From the NCBI GenBank assembly GCA_002633005.1, contig NMRA01001164.1:1-33827 (forward strand): a stretch of 33,827 nucleotides of DNA, given 5' to 3'. Source of the DNA: Phoronis australis (lineage: Eukaryota > Animalia > Phoronida). Both the position numbers and the translations under genes were made by a program. Under the pieces are notes generated by a model. That model made no database searches, was not told the origin of the DNA, and saw nothing but the letters and a program-made list of their open reading frames with translations. Of the stretch, positions 24,401 to 33,827 are shown piece by piece. Position 1 is the first letter of the stretch; every line of letters begins with the position of its first letter.

Positions 24401-25800
24401 AATTAAACAGAACATGTCGACACCCAGTTGTAATGTCACAACTTTACACTGAGTTTCATGTTAGCTAGATTTTAGGTTATGTAGGACAAAACTGACATGT
24501 CTTTGTTTTTAGCGGAATATCTACAAAAGTGGATTTTAGTATGGTAAAACTATATTCTCTGAAAGTGGAGCTGTAGAAATGGATTGTTGACTTTTTAACA
24601 CTCTGTCATTCAACTGGGTCATGTGACCCTGACGTTTTGCTAAAATTTAGCAGAAAAATGAAAGGCACATCGATAGCAATGCAACGGATATCAACAACAT
24701 GTCCGATGTTCATTTGATATGTTCAAGATGAAATCTCAAAAATGCTGAAACGGTTTTTTAATTTGCCATTTTGCTTTCATTTTGTATTTTTTTCATGAAA
24801 ATCATACTAAAGTCCTATTTTTAATAACTCCTCATGCAAAAGTGAAGCCCTTTTAAAAATTAACACCGTATTAGAGAATGGCATACAAGGGAGTGAACCT
24901 GAAAATTTCATATAATTCTGAGATATGATATTCTGACCATTTGTCTAGGCTCCTTTCTGGTTGCACACATGTACATTAATGAATTTTTATTGATTATAAT
25001 CAAAACTTGTCTCAATATAATTCCTGTTAACAGAGCAGCATGAAACTGTTGTCCTTAAGCACTGGCCACAGAATTTGTACAGATTCGAAGATCATAACAC
25101 GCTGTAATAAAAGCTATTATTACACGCAGCACCCCCGCTGGTATCGCATTATTATGGTGGCTCCAGCCTCATCAAGGCTGAATATGAGTAATGGTTGATA
25201 ATTTCATATTAAATCACGCTTTTATTTACACATTGGGGATTTGCTAACGAGGGACGTAATATTGACATAAGTTATGAAGTGCCTTTGTTATGTTTCAAGT
25301 TGAACTTAGGTTGAATCATCCGTTCGCAGTGTCTCTTTACTCACCGATTTGAGCAGTGAATCGCCAGAACTGGTAAGATAGAAATTTATCTCCTGAAGTG
25401 AATAACTAGTCATTGCTTGTAAGCTTGGCTTGGTGAGTCTTCAGGGTTTGGATTGGTCAGGATTTGTGATTAAGGAGAGTAGGTTGCTGATAAGCTTTGC
25501 ATTTTGCTATTTCAGTGCATTGAGAATATGCTGCGAATGATTTTGTAACTCTGGGATGCACTCTGTGGGCATAATAGACTTTCGGAAATGCAACCAGATC
25601 TCGCAAAACTTAGCGAGATATTGGCATGCATTGCAAGCAAGGCATATGATCACGTGAATTTTTTGTGAATCTCCTGCATTTACGGAACACAGCCTTAGGG
25701 ATGTTACCACTGATCGCGAGGTTGTTTGTTGGAGCCAAGTTCATTAATTTTGACTCCAGAGTTAGAAAACAGGGAACAATGGTAATTTATTTCAGGCCTT
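21434..25800 (+). repeat. ~1.9-kb near-identical duplication on both sides of the 596-N gap
   Basis: 21434-23323 matches 23920 to about 25800 with SNPs and small indels (e.g. a poly-C length difference and a short deletion near 24935). The copy boundaries coincide with the gap edges. Confidence 0.9.
23324..23919. other. Assembly gap (596 N)
   Basis: Run of N. Confidence 1.
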
Positions 25801-26272
25801 TTTGTGTACCATGATGGTATTGTGTGAAAATGTCACCAATTTTGGATACAATACTAGTATGAATGACAAGTGCCATTTCCACATTTTTTTCATGTATGAA
25901 ATGTAGCACCAAAATAAATGATTTGATTTCCATGTTCAAGACTTTTACCAGAGCTACAGTCAGACATTATGTTTGGAAGTTCGTGGGTACGTATAATTCA
26001 CAATGTTAATAGTCTTTTAAACATGAAAAAAATCAATTTGGGTCATTATTTTTGCCTGAAATTCATGATGAGATAACACCATACATTTTGGTTGCTTTGC
26101 GATATGATGTTTCTTGTGTGAAGTTTGCAACACTTATAAAAAATAATTGCAGGCGGTCTCAAGTACACATTGTATCCAAGAGGTGCGCATGCCGCTTATG
26201 TGGGCCCATTGCACTGATCACCTGCAACACTTACAACACTTCCTGTATTTGTACCTGAGTTACATGCTATCC

Positions 26273-26369
26273 GTCAGTATTGTACTGGTTCACATTCAGT
26301 AGGGTACCTTTTCATTGTGTCAGTATTGTACTGGTTCACATTCAATAGGTACCTTTTTCATTGTGTCAG
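26273..26369 (+). repeat. Same 46-bp minisatellite, about 2.1 units
   Basis: Units start at 26273, 26319 and 26365 (partial). Confidence 0.9.
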
Positions 26370-28337
26370 AATAATCTGTACTGTAGTTTTATTGACCAGT
26401 CTGCAAATAATCTTCTGGAATACATCACTGATTTTATGGTAAATTAATGAGTCCCTTGGAAATGCCATGGGAAGCGTTATCTGCAAGTAAAATACATCTG
26501 TGCACATTTAAATACATCAATCAGGGTTAATGGGTCTGTGCTTATAAATGGGGGGAAGGAGGTGCTTGTTGTTGGGATGTGTGCAGGTTTTTTATCATTT
26601 GATGAAAATACCTGTCACACGGCAGACAATACAGTTGGTTTGGTGACGTAACGTAACGTAATTTGGGGAAGGTGTTTGTGAAGTGTCATTTTTCAGTCCA
26701 CGATAAAGCAGTTATGGCTATGTTTGAAGCAAACACCTTGCCGCTAGTATTATTTTATGGAACTGAAATACAGAGTTTTAACAACAGTAGTCACTAATAC
26801 AGGAGTCCCAGATTTTGAGAACAAGTTTGATGCCTGCTGTTGAGTGCAGGAAACTGGCTCTCAAATGCAGGGGGCCCCTGTATATAACTATTGTTGAACA
26901 AACTGTATGCAAGTTGTAAAGTAGATTCTTGTCAACATTTATGTGTTGTTGAGAAATTTGACAAATGGAATTCCTGGTCTCTGCCTTTTTGTATAGCAGA
27001 GAGGTGAAGGACCTGTACCTCGGATTACGGTAAAAATTTGCCGATTTTGGACAAAAATGGCTACTAAAGTTGTCCTTTTCTCGTAAATGTGGACCACAGC
27101 TTGACCATGGGAAAGCATCTCCCCTCTTGTAGAAAAATGAGAAAATAACATTGGTGTTTTCCATACTGTGTCCTAAATTAGTTATATTTTGCAACACATT
27201 GGTAGAGTCTGCTTCACTTCTGTCATATGCCCTGGAGACCATGTTGCACTCGATGTCATGATTGTTTAATAGTTTACAAAGAAGAAATTCAGTTTTATAG
27301 GTTGTATTGATTGTATGACTGGGACAACCGTCTACAATCTTGGCCAAAGAATAATTAATCATACTTCGTTGGGTTAGGCAGTCGTGATTCGTAGTGAAGA
27401 CTGTTACACTGTCTCGGGATATTGACAAAATTGCATTACGCAGTTGCATTTGATGATGTCAGTCATTATGTGAAAACAGGTGGAGCCTGTGCTGGTAATC
27501 CATCCTAAATTTAGCTCGCAAGTAATTCTCAAAATCGACTTTTCTATTTTCTTAAAGACTGATCACTGATCTGCAGATAATCATCGGGGAAACTGGGGCA
27601 AGTGACGTTTCATAAGAAATGCGCTGTACAACTCGAGCCAAATGTGCCCTCACTTATTGCCACTAGGATCTGTGTTCCCCTTAATGAAATACCATTTCTG
27701 CAATATGGGAACAGTCTAAATTTAGGTAAATTTCATATTGCGTTTTCATTTTGATGAATTAGCATATGTGACAGTGCTATGTAAGCCATAGTATTTATGG
27801 TAAAGACTTCAGTCTAGGGCAGTCTCTAAAATTTGAGACACTCTCGGAAATCGAATTTTCTTGATTCTGAACATTAGGACTTGGGGAATTTTGGCGCAAC
27901 ACTTAACATTGGACACTGAACTTTGTATCAAAAAAGTTGACTGGGCAATTCAGAAATCTGTAGAAAAATACGCTCTATCCAATGTTTTCACGTGACCCCA
28001 TGGTATGTAATATCCTGGTGAACAATTGTTTTTATTTTTGATGCTGTTAAGGTTGACAAGCTTGTTCAAATCGGTGAGAATAACATGACTTTGTACAGTT
28101 TATAGTCTCTGAAGTTCTGAGGAGTACCTTATACCTACTTAGATCTTCATAATCAGTACGCATTCTAGAAATTGTAAAAAATCTTAAAATGTCACACCTT
28201 ATCTTAAATATTTATTAAAAAACGATAGTGGGTGCTTTTTATGTTACATGATATTAAGGTAAACGATACACCCAGTCAAATTTTCCCGTGAAAAAGATCT
28301 GGTTGAATGAGTTTTTCAGAGAGGCCCTATTAGATCG

Positions 28338-28520
28338 TAACCTAGATTTTAAAAACTGGACGATCGCCGCACAAATAAAAAATTATTGTAAATATGATCC
28401 TGATGATGTCTAATGAAAAGACAAAACGTTGAATTGAACATGAACTTTTTTATTTGTTCCGCGATCGTCCGGTTTTTAATCTTATTGTGGCCAAAAACTG
28501 ATTTAATTAACCTAGATTTT
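28338..28520. mobile_element. Short insertion with 13-bp flanking direct repeats, an internal inverted repeat and an HHR-like core
   Basis: TAACCTAGATTTT occurs at 28338-28350 and 28508-28520. Inverted arms lie at 28349-28382 and 28446-28479 (3 mismatches). The loop contains CTGATGA-T-GTCT(aatgaaa)AGAC-aAAA-CGTT at 28400-28430. Confidence 0.55.
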
Positions 28521-28964
28521 GTTTGATAAATTGTAACTATTACCATGACACTTGTTAGAATTGACGGATTGTTTAGGTATTTTAATGTGACATTCATGGT
28601 CTGCCTCAGGTCTCATTTTTGTCTAATCTGTCAACTTGGTGTCTTTGTTTTTGTGAAGTTGGCATTAAAATGGCATAGGATGTCATGGACCGTACAAAGT
28701 AAAGCAAAAATAATTGTAATGATTGTCTATGATGTTACTGCAGGTTATATATTACCTTATGGACAAGTACATGTGTTTAGACAGATATTTACAATAAAGT
28801 GCATGAGAATACAGGTATTTTACTCCCAAGGCAAGGTTGCCGGTTCCGCTAAAATTGATTGATTGTCACTGAAAAGCAAGTTAGGCACTTTTTGCAATCT
28901 TAGTTTTGTGCGATGAATGTTTAAAGAAGCACACACACTTTCACGGATATCTCGCTCATGAAAA

Positions 28965-29072
28965 ATTGGGGGTAAGCCGTGAGCAGAGCATGGGCGCTTA
29001 AAACTGAAAAATTGAAAATTTCGAGGGTGGGCGGTAAGCCGAGCATGGGCGGTAACCCGGACGAGTACGGTA
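28965..29072. mobile_element. Right-end fragment of a Tc1/mariner-pogo-type DNA element
   Basis: Subterminal repeats GGTAAGCCG...GAGCATGGGCG occur twice, and the segment ends in GAGTACGG-TA. No matching left end was found. Confidence 0.4.
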
Positions 29073-29874
29073 ATTCAACTTCTGTTTTTTACAATGGTAG
29101 AAAAAAGCATTGTGCGATCAAAATAGTTTATGTTGTTTGAATGTTTCTGAGCAGAAATGGGCTAGAACAGAATGGTACATTGCGACCTAACCCAACTAAA
29201 TTGATGATGTCAGGATTGCAACTTTACAGTCATTAAAATGGTCTGTCAAAAACAGCGTTCCATTTGCCCATAATAGCCTTAATGAAAATCTCCATTTCTG
29301 AGATTTTGTGTCAGGTGTTAATTAAAAAAATGTTTTCCCAAAGCTGGCTTGGCTCATGTTGGTAAGAAAAATACACAAGGTCAGTAATTCTGCGTCATAT
29401 TCGGATTCGCATTACACTATAATACAGAGCATACAACAGTCTAGTACTTCACTGAGGTATCGCCAAGGACAGTGATTCATTGAACAGTGATCACACAACA
29501 ATAATGCTATACAGGATTTCAATCAAGAACCAATTTTGAACAGAACATGTCTTTAAGAAAATTTGCTGCCCATATGCGACTGATTAATAACATTAGAACG
29601 ATTAGTTTGATAGTAGTTTCCAACCTCGGGACAGTGCCCTTCTGGAGCACAACATTGTCAGTAAATTAAACAGAATCATAGAGGGAGGTGTGGTATTTTG
29701 TGATGAAGCTTGTAGTTTTCATCATGGAGGCTGCATTAGGTTTCTGTTGTGTGCTTTAATTTAATCAAAGTCACTAAAGACAATCACATATTGATTGCTT
29801 TTGTAAGAATGACTGGCAGAAACCGCAGTCATTCTGTCATAGTACTAAAAATTCCATTCAGCCTTGAAATTTTT

Positions 29875-29911
29875 ATTGATTTTTCGCACTAACCGTGCTC
29901 TTCATCAGAAT
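29875..29911 (-). ncRNA. Degenerate hammerhead-like motif
   Basis: Minus strand reads ATT-CTGATGA-AGA-GCAC(ggtta)GTGC-GAAA-AA-TC-AAT. It has both core boxes, a 4-bp stem II and a 3-bp stem I, but a 3-nt spacer and no real stem III. Confidence 0.45.
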
Positions 29912-30240
29912 GTTGCAGTAGGCAAAAACCTTTTCAATATGTGATAGAAGGAAGCTAGGTTCTCCTATAGTGAGAGCTGGTACCAAAGTGTGGAAATTTA
30001 TAATGTGCCTACATAGCGCAAAATGAAAGAAATTCCAAAAAGGAAAATTTAGAAAGTCCAAAATTTGAGCGTCTGTTATTATCTGTTGTTACTGTTCCTA
30101 TTTTATTTGTTCCTATTTTATTTTTATAATTTTTGAAATATACAATCTGGACATATGATTGATGACATACTGACTTTAAATTAAGTGCTTACTTTAACAA
30201 AGACATTGAATTAGTCAACATTTTGTTTATTTCATAATAG

Positions 30241-30277
30241 TCCAGTCGGGCAACCCAGGAGAGCAGTCTGCATGCTG
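30241..30277 (+). CDS. Possible small internal exon (candidate exon 2 of the SH3 gene)
   Basis: T-rich acceptor ttttgtttatttcataatag ends at 30240. A GC-richer 37-nt segment is open in phase 0 (SSRATQESSLHA) and is followed by G|GTACGC. No homology recognised. Confidence 0.2.
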
Positions 30278-31628
30278 GTACGCATCAATATGGATAGTGA
30301 GGAAAACAAAACAGTTGAAGCTTTTTGTATGCGCTTGTACTCATATTCTGGCCAAAAATAAATGTGAAATACTTACATATATGTCCTAATTTTTAAAACA
30401 AAATAAACCACTTTTTCAGTTTAAAAATTTTAAGGCATTTTGCCAAATCGCGACTTTGTGACCGTATGAACAGTTTAATGTTGTTTTCACGTAATGTCGT
30501 TTATGGAAACTAAATGATGTATTTTTCACTTTGTTTGCTTTCCAAAAAAGACCAGTGGACTCAGCTGGGGATTGTAATTGTGGCAATTAGGAGCCTTTTG
30601 ATATTATATTGGTGACTGTCATTTACTGAAAATAGGTCAACAGAAAGTATATCAATAGTTCATTGACATAATTGTGATATTTTCTGATGATTCTACTTTT
30701 AATGTCATGTGTCACGTGCTCTTGGATGTTCACAAATACATTCCTGATTCCAAAAATAACATAGTTTTACTGGTTCACCTTAGTTTTGGCAGACTCCTGG
30801 GAGATATGAAAAGATGACTCCTACTTTGGTTGATATATGTTTTTGTCATTTCTAATTACACCAAACTCTTGTTGTGACGTCAAAATTTGCTTGGCTTATG
30901 AACTGACCTTTGTTAATTCTCAGGGGGTAACAACTTAACATTTAATCTCACGAACTCCTGACTTTTGAAAGGTGAAGCAAAACCAAGAAGCTTAAAGAGA
31001 AGTTATTGGCAAGAGAACTGATTTGATTTGATTAGGCCAAGCGTGATAACTCAAAACTTGGCCTTCCCGGTCAAACCCTCTGTCTGTGTTAATGCCACTA
31101 GATAAATAATGGCCAATGATTTCAGCCAAGATCTAGCAGACATAGGTGATAATTGGTGATTTTGAATAAAATCACAAACACCATGGATTTTATTGTTTTA
31201 TATCATTGGTCAAAGCTAATGACTTTAAGAGGCCTACCTCATCTAACAATAATTGTAACTGTGTTTTTAACTGTATCAAGGATAAAGGTTTTTACCTCTT
31301 TAACAAATCTAAAGCAAAAATTATGACAATTTTGGACCCCTTGTTTCAACGCCTCAAGAAAAATTGACTTAACCAGTAGTATGCTACCCTATGACTTATG
31401 CTGATATCTGAACCCTGTCTCAGTGTACGGTAAAGTTTCTCAAGTTCAGGAGAGTGGAAAAATAAATTTTTCGCTCAATGACATAATTTGTACATAATTT
31501 GGGAAATTCACAATATTTCAGACTTCTCAATTTCAAAGCCACTGGCAGTATTTTTTACTGACTTATAAAGAGAGACTATCCAAACTAGGGAATTTTTGCT
31601 GTAAATGACCACAAATGTTTATAATCTC

Positions 31629-31907
31629 AATCTTCGTATACATATTTCATTAGAGACACGCAACTTTGATCTGTTTTTACTAGTTCAATTTCAGTTCTTT
31701 CAAACTCTCTAAATAGAGATCTTGTCTTTACATCACAACAGTGCAATAAAAATCCAAACGACATCAGTAAGTAACATAATTTAATTTATTGCATTGTTGT
31801 CATGGAAAGACAAGATCTCTATTTAGAGAGTTTGAAAGAAGTGAAATTAAACTAGTAAAAACAGATCAAAGTCTTGTCTTTAATGAAATATGTATACATG
31901 AAAGATT
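31629..31907. repeat. Long AT-rich palindrome/foldback element (~115-bp arms)
   Basis: GTATACATATTTCATTA...CAAACTCTCTAAATAGAGATCTTGTCTTT...TGCAATAAA is mirrored by TTTATTGCA...AAAGACAAGATCTCTATTTAGAGAGTTTG...TAATGAAATATGTATAC, with a short central spacer. Confidence 0.85.
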
Positions 31908-33827
31908 ACTGCCAAATTATAGTAATCTCATCCTGTAACTACATTCGCTTGCTAAGATCAATGTTCAATCCAAAGTCTTTATTTTGGTTTTGACTACTCT
32001 GTTGTACGTCCCTTAATGGGAGACCATCTTCCCTGAGGTGTGGAAGTGCCAGCTCGTCCATCACCATGGTAACAGCACTAACTTCAAACCTACTTCAGTC
32101 ACTGTCCTCAGTTTCAATAGCATTTTGATGAAGATAATTGCATACCCAAGCCTGGTTTTGCCCTCTGTCACCACCCTGCCTGGTGATTCTTGCTGAAACA
32201 CTGTGCAAGTCCAAGTGAAGCACAGAACGGAAAGTTTACCATCTGGTACTCGAAACTTCTTCAAGATGTATACTTGCATTTCGGGTAATTCTGTAAGTAC
32301 GTTCTGTTACTTGAGGTGTGTGGGGTATGCCGGCGTCACTTGTTGCGGCTTTTGTTTTTATCCGTTAAAATCTCGTTCTCAATCTTTACCCATCCAGAAA
32401 TAGGTCATACCCAAAGAGAAATCAAATCTGTTCAACTGAACCACGGTATTTGCTAAAAATCCTGATGCCCACAGGATCATCCCGCTCCCTTCTTGAGAAT
32501 GTTGGAATAATTTGAATGGTGGGACAAGTCGAGTTTCATGCTGTGCTCAGTACCATCTATAGTAGCATTCCAGTTATGCCTTTTACAAAGTCAGTCTTCC
32601 ACCTCCATGTCTATTGAGTAACGTATGAAATACCTTAATAAAGATGGCCTTTTCGATGCCTCTTTCGAACCAGTTTTTGTCCCGACTCTAAATTTCAACA
32701 CTTTCATTATCATGCAATCGCTTGTGGTTATGGATTTTATTAAGAACCATAGTGCAGTTGAACAGATTTAATTTCTTTCTGATTATGATCCCATTACAAA
32801 CATCTTTCAATTAGTGGCTATTCCAGGGCATGGTTCTTGGTTCTTATGCGTATCCAAGCACAAGGGGTATTTATGATGTTAATTCTTTTATTATTTTTAT
32901 ATGTAATGATTAGAGCGAATTTGTTTATCTATTGTTGTCATTTCTGTTTCGGGAATTTTTTGGATGCTTGTGTATTTTTACTGTTTTGCACTTAGTGTGG
33001 ATTGAAACAACTCATTAAATTGGTAACCCAAATTTTATTTTGTTAAATCAAAATATTTTTATATTACTTATATACTAAGCATTGTAAAGTAGTATTAAAA
33101 AATAGTATTGAAACCATCCCGTGACTAAACACAGGTCCTACACACAAAATAGTACAATAAAATCTCGCTTAGAGAACACAATATGGCCAACAAGTGAAAT
33201 TTTGTCATTTTTCCAAGAAAGATATTTAGCACCTAATTAAATGATTTTCTACGTTCAGGTTTTGAACTACATCTTATCAAACACAGTTTTAAACAATTGT
33301 AATCATTCACAACAAGGTTAGAAGTCCTTGAAAATGAAAAACAGCATTTTCGGCAAATATTTTTGTCCAAATTTGGTGGGATTTTACCGTATGCTATATT
33401 AGCATGTTTGCAGGGGGCCTGTCATTTTTACTTCTTGGACTGTGGGAATGAAGAAAGAGTGGCTGTTCTCGCAGCTGAGGAGACGTAGCACCCACGGGTA
33501 TTGGCAGCAAGATCTTAAATTATCATGCCGATGAATTTGTTAAGTCCTTGGTTTTGTTTAGATAAGAACCGCTACTTTTAAAGTGGCTATAAACCCATCC
33601 TCCATCAAAACTATAAAAAATTTCTATGAGGCCATTTATCGTGATAAAATTGAGCTCAAAATGTTCCTTAGTTAAACTGGAGGTGATCAATTAGGGCTTC
33701 GGAGTAAATGTCGAGACCAGACTCTTCAAGTTGGCGAATGTCAGGGTGTGTCATTTGATAACCTCAAAAAATAACAAACTATCAGTCCCTTGAACATGAG
33801 TTTATATCTGAGCACCACCCCCCATCA

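Noticed and set aside
21547-24406. Duplicated ORFs as paralogous genes (also 359/26052 and 17172/18134)
   Set aside because: They arise from near-identical duplicated DNA and show no domain features. Several have non-ATG starts.

Overview
Eukaryotic, AT-rich, almost entirely non-coding animal DNA. Its repeat style suggests a marine invertebrate, possibly a deuterostome (inference only). It comes from a draft, probably heterozygous assembly, with N gaps at 9658-9774, 17779 and 23324-23919. One convincing coding exon is present: an ATG-initiated SH3-domain first exon (16158-16340, +) ending at a GT donor, resembling the N-terminus of NCKIPSD/SPIN90, followed by what is probably a long first intron. 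The rest consists of MITE/foldback elements, a tRNA-like Pol III head, minisatellites, near-identical duplications abutting gaps (likely both haplotypes assembled) and Penelope-like retroelement relics. The most interesting signal is a set of hammerhead-ribozyme (HHR) motifs. One is a near-intact minimal type I HHR (12558-12602) downstream of a decayed GIY-YIG-like tail. Three are degenerate, and one of these sits in the loop of a hairpin inside a 157-bp segment flanked by a 13-bp direct repeat. Almost all ORFs in the supplied track look spurious. No prokaryotic operon or CRISPR array is seen.
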